Below, piece after piece: positions 12,657 to 28,079 of a stretch of 64,000 bases of DNA; position 1 is the first letter of the stretch, and every line of letters begins with the position of its first letter. Made by a program: the position numbers and the translations under genes. Location: positions 620,001 to 684,000 of the forward strand of contig CM039005.1 in NCBI GenBank assembly GCA_017499595.2, read 5' to 3'. The notes below the pieces were generated by a model. The model saw only the letters and a list, made by a program, of their open reading frames with translations, was not told the DNA's origin and did not search any database. Origin of the DNA: Psilocybe cubensis (lineage: Eukaryota).

Positions 12657-15600
12657 AAAAAAACCCAATATCAGAGTTCTCTTTATACCTTTTTCACCCC
12701 AAACTTTTTCAAAGCCCGCTCTCAGTCACGTAGCAACACTTCTTTCTAGCTTCATCATTTTTACTAGCTTCGCTTCCGAATATTTCCTCATGCCATAACT
12801 TTGCATAATAGGAGACCTTTACATCCCTTTCTCCACTCCCTCAAACGTGGAATATCAAGCCACAGTGCACCACAAGGCACAAAACTCACTCGCCAAGTCG
12901 CAATTGGCTCAAATTCATGTCCCGTGCAGTAAAAAACCTCACTCCTATCAAGTGAAAATTGTTACGCCATTTTGTAATACCACGTACTAATCTTTGGTAA
13001 AGGTCCTCGTTTCAATTTCTACAGCACATCTAGCTCTGATTTCAATGCAGTAATAGCGTTATCTTCTCCCCAAAGTATTTTTTGGGATTACTTGCTGCAG
13101 ACCGGTCAATTCGAAAGCTATGTCATCACATTCAGACACTCTGCACAGGATGCGCTGACGCTGATGCTGCAGACTCTGCGCAAACGATGTGCTTACGCTA
13201 ACGCTACAGAGTCTGCGCACACAATGCGCTGACGCTGACTCTGTGCACAGGATGCGCTGCCGCTGACTCTGTACACACGATGCGCTGGCACTTGGTATTA
13301 CAACATCGGCTCGCCGGCGTTCACAAGCCCAGGAACGAGATCACAACTTCCGACGCTCTAGCCTCGTTTAACTAATCGTTAAATCTACGACAAATCGCCC
13401 ACAGGATCACGATCTACGCGTGTTCATTAGGACCCTGCCCTAATTCCCCACAGGTGCGTCATCATTCCACTCTAGGTTTAGTTTGCATCTCAGGAACACA
13501 AATTCGACTGTAAAGTCTATTTTTCACCTCCGTTCCGAGTCGACGTCATTCACGACAACAACAGTTGGTTCGACTTTGCGAGAGATGTTGGTATTTCGGA
13601 TATGTTTACAACAGTACGTCCTTTGAGTCCTGGTTACTAATCTCACGGGTGACGGAATCATTCGAAAATTAGACACTTCCTTCAAACGCAGGTGCGTGCC
13701 AAAGCCGACATCCCACTCTATCGATACATCTCGTCTTACTCGTAACCCACTATTTTGAAGTGTTCCGTTCCATTTGACTTTGAGACTAGCGCGTCAGATA
13801 ATCGGGAGTTGCTATATTCGAGTGCGCCCGAAAACACATCTATGCAACAACGTCAAGGCCAGTACTCTGACGTACCGCATTTGTTATCTCACCTTTTGCT
13901 TGTGTAGACGTGCTATGACCTCAACGTAGACATTCAGGAGGTGATTTACGGTGACAACTCACCTTCATTCCAACATTTCCCCAGTTCAAATTCGCATGTC
14001 AACCACGGCGCGGATACCTCCTCGTCTCCCGATTCGTCATTCTAGCGCGTTGCAACCGTCTCATATACCTCGCTTCCAAGAATAGGCTAGTCTAGACTAG
14101 TCGGTAACGACAGCCGGAAGCTCGCAAAACTGAGCAACCAATATGAATGTGCTGCAGAACACACATACGTGGCAGCCGTTCCCGCGCCGTTTATCACTTT
14201 TTCGAGGTTTCAGGGCTTTCTGGGTACTGTATAATGTAGTATATCCCACGCCAAGCGTGTTTGTAGGTCCTTTGGCAGCGTGAAGTTGAGATAATCAAAA
14301 ATACATCCGGGGCATCTCAGGAGAGATTCAAACACAAAAACAAGCGTTTGCGAGGCTTTGAAATCACCGTGAAGATCGATAATGACTACCTAGATAATCT
14401 ATAATGTGTATACGTCATGACGAATGCAGTAAACTAAGAGTACGGGTAACATTTCAAGCCACAGATGTTAAGCGCCCAAGCAAACAGCTTCACGCAGACT
14501 GTAAATTAGCAAAACACATCGATTCCAATGCTCTATAGACACACCTCGCATACCATACATATCTCAGAGTACACTATAAGACATACATACACTCACATAT
14601 CTCGTCAACGAACCGTCAAGTCCACAACCTCACACTCACGTACCTCCTCCGGCCCCCAATCCGCATTCCAGCCCATTTCCACTGCTTCCTTTCATTTCGG
14701 GGCATCATCCCCACTAGCATAAGACTACTCGGCTGCGGCACGGAGCGTTCCGAGACCTAGAAGCAGGACAGAAATGAGTTGCAGTGTAATGCGTCTCGAG
14801 GGAGGATATGTACGTGGCATGCGATTCTGCGTCGTTTGCGCGTTTTAAGCGGGTTGGGGTGCTTTTACTGGGTGATATGGGTTAGGTGTGTATGGGGTAA
14901 AGCTTGAAAGTACATCAGGGAACCTACAATTGAGTTTATGCGTGTATGTGATGTCGTTGTTCAAATTCGCTTTAGGAAACGTACATTTGCGAATTGGGCC
15001 GTTTTGAGGTATTCAGATGCTACAGTACTGTTTAAAATAGGGGTATATATTCATATTTATGCTTACCTGAGTAAGTACAAAGTGGAAATTTCAAAGATTT
15101 GCAGCGATGAACCCTTAAGCGCCGAAAGCGTTGAATCGCAAATACAACAAATAAACGCACCAAACACACGATGGTGGACCACTAACACGCATGATACACT
15201 CACCCCTATACCATACAGCCCATTCTTCGACTCCAAAACTCCAACATCGCAAACCCAACTCACCGGACACAACACTCCTCCTCCTCGTCCGAATCTCCAT
15301 TCAACCTCATTCCAACCACCTTCTTTCTCTTCACCCCTGCACGCCCACTAGCTCCAGACCCCTCGGCTATCCTAACGTAACGTACTAACGGCGATTACTG
15401 AATTTTTTCTGCCAGTAGAAGAAGAAGCATTCTGTAGAGTCCGAGAGACGTTATACGTTGTTTTAATGCAAATTCGATGGAATACGTACATTGGGGGGGT
15501 TGTAATGGTGCATAGGAGCCCCTGAGTAATCGAACTGAAAGTGAGTGAACGTTGGAACCAAGTCTGAACGTCGACGAAAGTTTGTGCAAGTCGGATTTCA

Positions 15601-17879
15601 CATCAAGACAAGAAAACACAGAAACGCACAAAAGTACTATTACCATCTTCAACAAACGGACACCAGCATTGCTCTGCACCACTAACATTGTCTTAAAGTA
15701 CATTCTTCACGAAACAAAATCCTAGATATTCCACACACAAAGACAGAGCGTTGACCCGATACACACCCAAGAACCCCCTCCTCCTCCCCAAAATCGCAAA
15801 ATCACCTCATCCCAATACGTTTTCCTGGCTCTTCGGCTCCGGAACGGTATTCAAATCCAAATTGCGTAAACCAACTAAAAAGCGGCGTCTCATTTGAGAA
15901 GAATTAGAATGCCTGTGTTGCAACGCGAAATCAGAACAAACCATTGGAGAGATAACGGGTATGCGTACGTACGTTTGCTGTTCCCGAGTCAATTACTAGT
16001 TTATGCAATTCGATTAATGCATGGGTGAATGTGTGTTGACGATCTACGATACGAGTTGGAATTCACTTGATGCAAGGTAGATGATACTCGAGTCTAAAGT
16101 TCTGTGAGCCGCAAACCAAAAACGATTTGAATTTGAATCTCACATCTCGGACACCAATGTAAATTCAAAGCAACACAACAATACCTCCAACACGAAACAG
16201 ATAACAAACCCATTCGATCAATAGCACATTGCGTAAACGCACTAGCAACTATACCGATGAACCGCGAACCGAGAGAAAGACACAAAAAAAAAACATTGCA
16301 AAGACGTAACGTTATGGACGTACAGGGGCAGCAGGTGTATAAAAAGGACACGGACTAACGGGCTTTTTTCCTCATCCCCTCTCCTCTCCTCTTCTCACAT
16401 TCTCTTCTCCCGCTCTCCGCTCAATGCCCTTGTCAGCCCGCCCCTCTCCAACATCCTACACTCGCACTGCACTGCCAATGGACGGGAACGCACCGGTACG
16501 AGTCAACGTGCCCACGACGCCGTGAGTATTCCCCATCCCTCCCCTGAGCTGCGCCACGTCTGACCCTCCCTTCGCAGGAACACGTTTGACGACGAGTAGA
16601 GGATCTGGGAGGTAGAGGTCGGAGTCGGCGACGCGCCATAAATGCCACGCTGGCATGTCGACCGGGGCATCGAGGGCAGCGCACGGTGAGCCTCTAACAT
16701 TTGTTTTCGCATCACACTCCGCCAAACCGCCTTTCTCTGCAGGTTGCCACGCCATCGAGACGACGCGGGACTCGAATGCGCGTGCTCAGCGAGCTTGAGG
16801 ACGGGGTAAGTAAATGCATTATTCGACGGGTATCATTGTTGACTGACCTGGACACGCAGAACCTTGCATGTGTGTTCCCAAGAGTCGGACACGTCGTCGA
16901 AACTGTAAGTCAGTCCACACTCGTCAGCAACCGCCTGTGATTGACAACCGCTGCATCAAGACCTGCGCCTGCTCAGCGAGCTTGAGGACGGAGTAAGTAA
17001 ACAAGCTATTCAACATGGAACACTGCTGACTGACCTGGACACGCAGAACGACCTTGAATCCGTGTTCCCGAGCGGCGGAAACGCTGTCGAAAGTGAGTGC
17101 ATGCTTTGTTCGTCAGACCGCCCGTGATTGACCACCCAATACCAAGGCCGTATCGATTGGGGGGCAGGGAACAATGAGACCTATGCAAAAGTAAGTTGTC
17201 GTGTCGTTCACCGTGAACCAGCCTGAACTAACCTGACCTAGACACACAGAGCACCCCCAATCTATTCAAAGGCCTACATCCGTTCAACCGGTGCAGCTCG
17301 ACACATGCGCTCCGCTCGTTGTGAATCGCCCCTTGACAGCCCGCCTTGCTGCGGATTCCAGTACGCGATTGGGGAATGGACTGGACGCGGTGGTGATGTG
17401 GTGGATGTGTGAGTACGCTGAGATGTTAGTAGGGAATGACTTGGAATGACCACACACAAGTACAGGTTGTGGTGTTGCCGTGGTTTCGCATCGGCCGCAT
17501 ATACCGTGGAGATGTGGAGGGAGGTGCCTAGTCGGTGTCCTAAGGATGCCATTGCAGGTTAGTTGACCCGTTGTTCAACGCGAGTCATGTCAAACTTACC
17601 TGAGATGTACATTGCAGGTCTGCGCTACCCTAAAATCTGGCTCTCCAATATCCCAGGCGGCACTCCTGTTGAATGCGAGTCGGGAACGCCGCAGCAAGGT
17701 ACGTGACTCGTGTTCTGAACAGTTGTGACTGGGGTATAACGCGTTGTTGATAGGGTGGTGCTGATGGAAAGGATAACAGCAGGCAAGGGCATTCGTATCG
17801 ACGCGTATGTCCCATATACGGGCAATGTCGATTCATAGCGGGAGCCGCTGCCTGATTGCCTGCTCCCGTGCATTCGCCT

Positions 17880-18484
17880 TCAAACACGCTGAGACGCAGC
17901 TCCGCCCGCGTGCTGTCCCTCCATCGGCTCCCCTCCCTCCCCCGCCTGCTCTCCCTCATTCTCCCCCAACCCCCCCTCCTCCGGATCCAACCAACTCTCC
18001 TCAACCGTCACCTTGACCCTCCTCACATACTCCTTCATATTTTCCCTATACAACTGCGCCGCCTCCGCATTCGCCGGGCTATTCGGGTTCGGATCATGCA
18101 GCAAGCTCTGTATACTCGTCAATATCGCCGCGACGTCGTATGTGGGCGACCACCGGTTTTGCAGGATGTCGAGGCAGAGCTCGCTGTTCGCGTAGACGTT
18201 GGGGTGGAACATCCGCGAGAGGAATTTGACGGTGGGCGGTTTGTTGGGGTAGGACTCGTCGAATGTGAGGAGGAGCTTGAATGTGCCGTCTTCGAAGGGG
18301 GTGTCGCCTGTTGATAGGTGAGTGGCTGGGGGTGAGTGGGGAGAGGAAACGCACCTGGCCCGAAGATGACAGCGTTCCAGAGCATAATATTGTCGGGGAG
18401 CGGACTGCCCGAGATCCCGCCTGGCGGGTCGGACGAGAGGCGCTTGAAGTCCCGGATGAGCCGTTTCTTGCAGTTCGTCGACAT
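17880..18484 (-). CDS. RAD6: Rad6/Ubc2 copy 3 (same as copy 1; intron 18308-18354)
   Basis: Identical translation at +16952 offset. Confidence 0.96.
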
Positions 18485-19671
18485 TGTTTGCTGAGTAAGA
18501 TTGGGTCAAGTAATTCGGGTGGCTTTGGTTAAAGCGAGAGAGGGAGGTGTGGTCGTGTCTGAATCGCGTGCTGTTAATGAGGGCACTGCGACTGTCGTCG
18601 TACACGTCGTCTCGTATGTGGTATGCGGTATTCTAATGATGGTATGCGATATGGATTGTAAAACCTGCAAACCCAACTTTAATTGTATCTTCCCCTACCA
18701 AACCACCCTCAAAACATACCTTTGTACGTGCGTATATGCAAGCGTAAAGTCGTCTCAGGCGGCTGGTATGAAGAAACAAGCAAGTCAGTCTAACTCAGAA
18801 GCAGTGGCAGTGGCAGGCCTCCTCATGTCACGCCCACTGACCGTGACCTGACTCCGCCGCATCTAATCTGGAAACAAACAATAGCAACAACAATCACTCT
18901 GCCGAAATGCCGCAAGTTGACTTTGTCGTTGTAAGTATTTCATTCATCCACAACGGTTGCCCTGAACGATGAGGACGCTCTTTCACTCGCAACGGCGCTT
19001 GTTCGATTCCCCGCACCCATTGCGCTGTGTCCTGATTGCCCCCGCCGCCTGCTACAATCTTCAAAGTAGTCAACGTATCACTGTGATTTGACTTTGCCCT
19101 CGCCTACGGTCTGGTAAGCATACCACACACTGCAAAGTGCAAAGTGCGGACCACCGGACCCGACGCGCTCGTGCCTGTTTGGCCTCTACCGTGTCCGCGT
19201 CCATCAGCCCACACATGCACACACGCGCTATGCAAACATCACACCGGCACCCCTGACTCAACCCAACTCCCGCGTTCCAATGCGTTGAGATTTGCACTGT
19301 GTAGCGTATCTCGAGAACCACAGGGTATAGCACAACGACTCTCGATGTCTCAGGGATGCTTACTCTGAGCGCAACAATTCTCAATGACAGAGACAAAGCA
19401 GGACATTTTTTGTATTTTAAGAACACACTTTTGTAAAATTCTAACCAAAAAAGGCAAAATCTATTTATAACTGAAAAAAAGAGCCTTGTCCACAATGTCC
19501 AACCCTCTTCTGGTAACAAACTTCAAGGGTTTCCCCTCCCCCGAAGGGCAGAGAAACAAAGTGACGGGGTGAGGTCCCCCGACACATGGTGGGTTAGTAG
19601 CAGAAACAGCGGGAAGGGGCATAAAAAGTCAGTGGGGCAAGTCCATAGCCCTACCGTAAAGCTCCGAAAAC

Positions 19672-21132
19672 ATACCTAAGCAGGTTTCTAGATAAATACA
19701 AGTCTGCGAGAGATTCAGAATACAACTTACTTGGTAAAGTTTTTGTCATTCAATGGATGCAACGGCAGCAGGCGGCATCGGTGTCAACTACAATCAAAGT
19801 CAGTCACAGTCTATTCAAAGTACAATTCTACAGACTTACCATTCCGAATCTCGCTCGACGGACGGAAATACATAGCGTCGAGGGTTTTTGCTTGTAAGAA
19901 ATTTCTAGAGTCAAAGTTAGCAGTAGTTTAGGGAAAGTAAAATCAAGCCCACGTACCAACTATCGTGTCAAAGCACTCGTGCAGATGCCCCATCCTGCTC
20001 GTCGGACGTCGATATATGGTCTCAAGGTAAATCTAGAGCCAAGGTCAGTAAAAATCCAATAAATGAATGCCATACATACATACCTCAACGGGCACACAGC
20101 TAACAACGCCTGCTCGGCGGACGGCGATACGTCGTGTCAAGGCAAAATCTAGGGTCACGGGTCAGTGATAATTAATGCAAACCAAGTTGAAGTACACTTA
20201 CCACTTGGTGTAGATCCTCACACTCGGTCGGCGGACGTCGATACATCATGTCAAAGCAAAATCTAGGGTCACGGTCAGCTTTAATTAATGCAAAGCATGT
20301 CGAAGTACACATACCACGGGTTTTAGATCCCCACACTCGGTCGGCGGACGTCGATACATTGTGTCAAAGCGAATCTAGGGTCAAGGTCAGTCTTTGTACA
20401 TTAAATAAAACTAAAACACACATACCTATGCACCAGAGGTCCAATCCCGGTCAGCGGACGGCGATACGTCGTGTCAAAGTCTAGAGTCAGAGTCAGTCTC
20501 TGTACATTAAATAAAAGTAAACCACACATACCTGTACACCAGAGGTCCAACCCCGCTTGGCGGACGTCGATACGTCATGTCAGAGCAAATCGGGGTCACC
20601 CAGACATCCAATCCCACTCGGCGGACGTCGATACGTTGTGTCAGAGCAAATCTGAGGTCAAGGTCAGTGTGAGTACATATCATAAAAGTAATACACACAT
20701 ACCTGAAGACCAGAGGTCCAATCCCGCTCGCCGGACGTCGATACGTCGTGTCAGAGCAATATCTAAGGCCAGGGTTAGTCACAACTTGTTCAACGAATGC
20801 TACAGCACACTTACCACAATAGTGAGGAGGCAGGTAACAGGCGCGCTCGGCGGACGGCGATACGTCGTGTCAGGACTAAATCTTGGGATAAAATCAGTCT
20901 CCGTTTGGTAAATAAATGATACACAACTTACCAGCTCGCCGGAACGCGATACATAGCGTCGGGCTATGTTAACAGGGCATAAATCCTTGGATCAAAGTCA
21001 GTCTCACTTCTTCAACAAACATCACAGCACATACCAGGTCGGCGGAACACGATATATAGTGTCGAAGCAATTCCATGTCGAGAGGGGTAGCACACCACCA
21101 TACTGACAGCATGGGTACAAAGTAGATGGATA
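19672..21132 (-). ncRNA. Repeated-exon spliced unit, copy 3
   Basis: Same sequence as copy 1 at +16952. Confidence 0.6.
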
Positions 21133-24100
21133 AAAAAAACCCAATATCAGAGTTCTCTTTATACCTTTTTCACCCCAAACTTTTTCAAAGCCCGCTCTCA
21201 GTCACGTAGCAACACTTCTTTCTAGCTTCATCATTTTTACTAGCTTCGCTTCCGAATATTTCCTCATGCCATAACTTTGCATAATAGGAGACCTTTACAT
21301 CCCTTTCTCCACTCCCTCAAACGTGGAATATCAAGCCACAGTGCACCACAAGGCACAAAACTCACTCGCCAAGTCGCAATTGGCTCAAATTCATGTCCCG
21401 TGCAGTAAAAAACCTCACTCCTATCAAGTGAAAATTGTTACGCCATTTTGTAATACCACGTACTAATCTTTGGTAAAGGTCCTCGTTTCAATTTCTACAG
21501 CACATCTAGCTCTGATTTCAATGCAGTAATAGCGTTATCTTCTCCCCAAAGTATTTTTTGGGATTACTTGCTGCAGACCGGTCAATTCGAAAGCTATGTC
21601 ATCACATTCAGACACTCTGCACAGGATGCGCTGACGCTGATGCTGCAGACTCTGCGCAAACGATGTGCTTACGCTAACGCTACAGAGTCTGCGCACACAA
21701 TGCGCTGACGCTGACTCTGTGCACAGGATGCGCTGCCGCTGACTCTGTACACACGATGCGCTGGCACTTGGTATTACAACATCGGCTCGCCGGCGTTCAC
21801 AAGCCCAGGAACGAGATCACAACTTCCGACGCTCTAGCCTCGTTTAACTAATCGTTAAATCTACGACAAATCGCCCACAGGATCACGATCTACGCGTGTT
21901 CATTAGGACCCTGCCCTAATTCCCCACAGGTGCGTCATCATTCCACTCTAGGTTTAGTTTGCATCTCAGGAACACAAAGTCGACTGTAAAGTCTAATTTT
22001 CACCTCCGTTCCGAGTCGACGTCATTCACGACAACAACAATTGGTTCGACTTTGCGAGAGATGTTGGAATTTCGGATATATTTATCACAGTACGTCCTGC
22101 GAGTTCTTGTTGCCGCTATTCTCACGGGTTACGAAATCACTCGAAAATTAGACACTTCCTTCAAACGCAGGTGCGTGTCGAAGCCGACAACCCACTGGAC
22201 CGACACATCTCGTCTTGCCCGTAAGCCGCTCCTTTGTAGTCTTCCGTTCCCGTTGACTTTGAATGAAACGGACTAGCGCAGAGTTGCTAGATTCGAGTGC
22301 GCCCGAAAACACATCTATGCGACAACGTCAAGGCAAGTAATCTGACGCACCGCATTCGTTATCTCACCTTTTGCTTGTGTAGACGTGCTATGACCTCAAC
22401 GTAGACATTCAGGAGGTGATTTACGGTGAGAACTCACCTTCATTCCAACATATCCCCAGTTCAAATTCGCATAAACCACGGCGCGGATACCTCCTCGTCT
22501 CCCGATTCGTCATTCCAGCGCGTTGGAACCGTCTCATTTACCTCGCTTCCAAGAATAGGCTAGTCCAAATTGCCTAGACTAGTCGGTAACGACAGCCGGA
22601 AGCTCGCACAACTGAGCAACCATCTGCAGAACACACATACGTGGCAGCCGTTCCCGCGCCGTTTATCACTTTTTTGAGGTTTCAGGGCTTTCTGGGTACT
22701 GTCTAATGTAGTGTATCCCACGCCAAGCGTGTTTGTAGGTCGTTTGGCAGCGTGAAGTTGAGATAATCAAAAATACATCCGGGGCATCTCAGGAGAGATT
22801 CAAACACAAAAACAAGCGTTTGCGAGGCTTTGAAATCACCGTGAATATAGATAATGGCTACCTAGATAATATACACTGTGTAATTATGATGACAAATGAA
22901 GTAAACTAAGAGGATGGGTAACCACAGATGTTAAGCGCCCAAGCAAACAGCTTCACGCATACTGTAAATGAGCAAAATACATCGATTCCAATGCTCTACA
23001 GACACACCTCGCATACCATACATATCTCAGAGTACACTATAAGACATACATAAACTCACATATCTCGTCAACGAACCACCAACTCCACAACCTCACACTC
23101 ACGTACCTCCTCCGGCCCCAAATCCGCATTCCAGCCCATTTCCACTGCTTCCTTTCATTTCGGGGCATCATCCCCACTAGCATAAGACTACTCGGCTGCG
23201 GCACGGAGCGTTCCGAGGCCTAGAAGCAGGACAGAAATGAGTTGCAGTGTAATGCGTCTCGAGGGAGGATACGTACGTGGCATGCGATTCTGCGTCGTTT
23301 GCGCGTTTTAAGCGGGTTGGGGTGCTTTTACTGGGTGATATGGGTTAGATGTGTATGGGGTAAAGCTTGAGAGTACGTCAGGGAGCCTACAATTCAGTGT
23401 ATGCGTGTATGTGATGTCGTTGTTCAAATTCGCTTTAGGAAACGTACATTTGCGAATTGGGCCGTTTTGAGGTATTCAGATGCTACAGTACTGTTTAAAA
23501 TAGGGGTATATATTCATATTTATGCTTACCAGAGTAAGTACGAAGTGGAAATTTCAAAGATTCGTAGTGATACCTCTTAAGCGCCGAAAGCGTTGAATCA
23601 CAAATACCACGAATAAACGCACCAAGCACACAACGGTGGATCAATAACAGGCTTAACACACTCACCCCTATACCATACAGCCCATTCTTCGACTCCAAAA
23701 CTCCAACATTGCAAACCCAACTCACCGGACACAACACTGCTCCTCCTCATCCGAATCTCCATTCAACCTCATTCCAAACGTCTTCTTTCTCTATCCCTGC
23801 ACGACCACTAGCTCCAGACCCCTCGGCTATCCTAACGTAACGTACTAACGGCGATTACTGAATTTTTCTTTTTTTTTGCCAGTAGAAGAAGAAGCATTCT
23901 GTAGAGTCCGAGAGACGTTATACGTTGTTTTAATGCAAATTCGATGGAATACGTACATTGGGGGGGTTGGAATGGTGCATAGGAGCCCCTGAGTAATCGA
24001 ACTGAAAGTGAGTGAACGTTTGAGCCAAGTCTGAACGTCAAGGAAAGTTTGTGCAAGTCGGATTTCACATCAAGACAAGAAAACACAGAAACGCACGAAA

Positions 24101-26349
24101 GTACCATTACCATCTTCAACAAAAAGACACCGGCATCGCTCTGCACCACTAACATTATCTTAAAGTACATCCTTCAGGAGACCAAACCCTCGATATTCCA
24201 CACACAAAGACAGAGCGTTGACCCGATACACACCAAGAACCCCCTCCTCCTCCCCAAAATCGTAAAATCACCTCATCCCAATACGTTTTCCTGGCTCTTC
24301 GGCTCCGGAACGGGTCTCCACCGCCTATCCTATTCAAATCCAAATTGCGTAAACCAACTAAAAAGCGGCGTCTCATTTGAGAAGAATTAGAATGCCTGTG
24401 TTGCAATGCGAAATCAGAACAAACCATTGGAGAGATAACGGGTATGCGTACGTACGTTTGCTGTTCCCGAGTCGATTACTAGTTTATGCAATTCAGTTAA
24501 CACATGAGTGAATGTGTGTTGACGATCTACGATACGGGTTGGAATGCACTTGATGCAAGAGTGGATGATACTCGAGTCTTAAGATCTGTGAGCCGCAAAC
24601 CAAAAACGATTTGAATTTGGATCTCACATCTCGGACACCAATGTAAATTCAAAGTACCACTGCATTACCAGTCAAAAACGAAACAAATAACAAACCCGTT
24701 CGATCAATAGCACATTGCGTAACTGCACTAGCAACTATACCGATGAACCGCGAACCGAGAGAAAGACACGAAAAAAAAAACCTTGCAAAGACGTAACGTT
24801 ATGGACGTACAGGGGCAGCAGGTGTATAAAAAGGACACGGACTAACGGGCTTTTTTCCTCATCCCCTCTCCTCTCCTCTTCTCACATTCTCTTCTCCCGC
24901 TCTCCGCTCAACGCCCTTGTCAGCCCGCCCCTCCCCGATATCCTACACTTGCACTGCACTGCCAATGGACGGGAACGCACCGGTACGAGTCAACGTGCCC
25001 ACGACGCCGTGAGTATTCCCCATCCCTCCCCTAGCTGCGCCACGTCTGACCCTTCCCTTCGCAGGAACACGTTTGACGACGAGTAGAGGATCTGGGAGGT
25101 AGAGGTCGAAGTCAGCGACGCACCATAAATGCCACGTTGGCATGTCGCCCGGGGTATTGAGGGCAGCGCACGGTGAGCTTCCAACATTCATTTTCGCATC
25201 ACACTCCACAACTCCGCCTTTTTCTACAGGTTGCCACGCCATCGAGACGACGCGGGACTCGAATGCGCCTGCTCAGCGAGCTTGAGGACGAGGTAAGTAA
25301 ATGCATTATTCAACGTGTATCATTGTTGACTGATCTGGACACGCAGAACCTTGAATCCGTGTTCCCGAGCGGCGGACACGCTGTCGAAAGTGAGTCCGCG
25401 CTTTATTCGTCATACCGCCCGTGATTGACCACCCCTACATCAAGACCTGGGCCTGCTCAGCGAGCTTGAGGACGGAGTAAGTAAACAAGCTATTCAACAT
25501 GGAACACCGCTGACTGACCTGGACACGCAGAACGACCTTGAATCCGTGTTCCCGAGCGGCGGACACGCTGTCGAAAGGGTGAGTCCATGTTTTGTTCGTC
25601 AGACCGCCCGTGATTGACCACCTCTACCACAGGGCTGAATTGATTCGCTGTCAGAGAACACCCGAACCTATGCAAAAGTAAGTTGACGTACCGCTCACCG
25701 TGAATCAGGCTGAACTGACCTGGACACGCAGAGTATCTGTGCTAGACCAGCTGCCCTCAATCCAGTCCAAGCAATCCGTTGTTGACCGATGGAATCGAAA
25801 CGCGCGCTCGGTTCGCTGTGAACCCCGCCTTGTCATCCCGCCTTGCTGCTGATTCCAGTACGCGATCGGGGAATGGACTGGACGCGGTGGTGATGTGATG
25901 GATGCGTGAGTACACTGGAATGTTAGTCGGGAATGGCTTGGACTGACCATGCCGTCGTCGCCAGAGACTACAGCCGTGGTGTAGGCATCGTTTCGCATCG
26001 GAGGCAGGGGCCTAGTCAACGTCCTTGGGGATATCAATGCTGGTAAGTCGACCCATTGCTCGATGCGAGTCATGTCAAACTTACCTGAGATGTACATTGC
26101 AGGTCTGCGCTACCCTAAAATCTGGCTCTCCAATATCCCAGGCGGCACTCCTGTTGAATACAAGTCGGGAACGCCGCAGCAAGGTACGTGACTCGTGTTC
26201 TGAACAGTTGTGACTGGGGGAATAACGCGTTGTTGATAGGGTGGTGCTGATGGAAAGGGGATCGACGGGCAAGGGCATTCGTATCGACGCGTATGTCCCA
26301 TATACGGGCAATGTCGATTCATAGCGGGAGCCGCTGCCTGCATTCGCCT

Positions 26350-26978
26350 TCAAACACGCTGAGACGCAGCTCCGCCCGCGTGCTGTCCCTCCATCGGCTC
26401 TCCTCCCTCCCTATCAACCTCGTCCATCTCCACCTCCCCTCCCTCCCCCTCACCCTCGCCCAAACCCCCCTCCTCCGGATCCAACCAACTCTCCTCAACC
26501 GTCACCTTGACCCTCCTCACATACTCCTTCATATTCTCCCTATACAACTGTGCCGCCTCCGCATTCGCCGGGCTATTCGGGTTCGGATCATGCAGCAAGC
26601 TCTGTATACTCGTCAGTATCGCCGCGACGTCGTACGTCGGCGACCACCGGTTCTGCAGGATGTCGAGGCAGAGCTCGCCGTTCGCGTAGACGTTGGGGTG
26701 GAACATCCGCGAGAGGAATTTGACGGTGGGGGGTTTGTTTGGGTAGGACTCGTCGAATGTGAGGAGGAGCTTGAATGTGCCGTCTTCGAAGGGGGTGTCG
26801 CCTGTTGATAGGTGAGTGGCTGGGGGTGAGTGGGGAGAGGAAACGCACCTGGGCCGAAGATGACAGCGTTCCAGAGCATAATATTGTCGGGGAGCGGACT
26901 GCCCGAGATCCCGCCTGGCGGGTCGGACGAGAGGCGCTTAAAGTCCCGGATCAGCCGTTTCTTGCAGTTCGTCGACAT
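26350..26978 (-). CDS. RAD6: Rad6/Ubc2 copy 4 (intron 26802-26848; 193 aa; canonical NGELC)
   Basis: [15 protein letters not shown]; several synonymous changes versus copy 1; different acidic tail ([18 protein letters not shown]). Confidence 0.96.
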
Positions 26979-28079
26979 TGCTTGCTGAGTAAGATGGGTC
27001 AAGTAAGTCGGTGTGCTGGTGTAGTGGTGTGGTATGCGGTATGCTAATGCCAATGGGTATGTTATGATGCGATATGGATTGTAGAACCTGCGTTAATTGT
27101 ATCTTCCTGTACCAAACCACCTTTGTACGTGCGTATATGCAAGCGTAAAGTCGTCTCAGGCGGCTGGTATGAAGAAACAAGCAAGTCAGTCCAACTCAGA
27201 AGCAGTGGCAGTGGCAGGCCTCCTCATGTCACGCCCACTGACCGTGACCTGACTCCGCTGCATCTAATCTGGAAACAAACAATAGCAACAACAATCACTC
27301 TGCCGAAATGCCGCAAGTTGACTTTGTCGTTGTAAGTATTTCATTCATCCACAACGGTTGCCCTGAACGATGAGGACGCTCTTTCACTCGCAACTGCGCT
27401 TGTTTGATTCCCCGCCCCTGCCCCGCCGAGTCCTTCCGCTCCCGGGTAATCGCGCTCGTCGCATACTGTAACCACGATCGACAAGTCATCAACATACAGT
27501 CGCCCGTCGCCGCTCAACTATGACAACACGCATCACACGCTATACACTACCAGTTCTATGTAGACCACCCGACGCGGACGCAATCGCAATTGCGCCTCCA
27601 ACTACATCCATTTACCACCGTACTCATGAGTTTACCGCAGCTTTGCAATATATTTTTGTTGTGCCTATTGTGTACTTGAAATATTGTTTACCCCAGTGCC
27701 TTCAAGGTTTGTCATGATGCTGCGTGTTTACTATTTACTGATCGACGGGACAATTCTCGTGATATCATGGTTTATTCAATGCACTCTATTCGTCATGATT
27801 GTAATGAATTTCGTAAAATTCTAACCAAAACAGGCAAAATCTATTTATAACTGAAAAAAACAGCCTTGTTCAAAACTTCCAACCCTCTTCTGGTAACAAA
27901 CTTCAAGGGTTTCCCCTCCCCCGAAGGGCAGAGAAACAAAGTGACGGGGTGAGGTACCCCGACACAAGGTGGGTTAGTAGCATACAAGGTGAGAAATACA
28001 AGTCGGCGAGAGAATACTCGTGTAGTGAAAACAACGGATGGTGTTTTCGGACCGCCGAGTCAAATGGATACAGATGGCG

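Noticed and set aside
1-25436. rDNA array (similar period)
   Set aside because: No recognisable 18S, 5.8S, 28S or 5S sequence; the unit contains RAD6.
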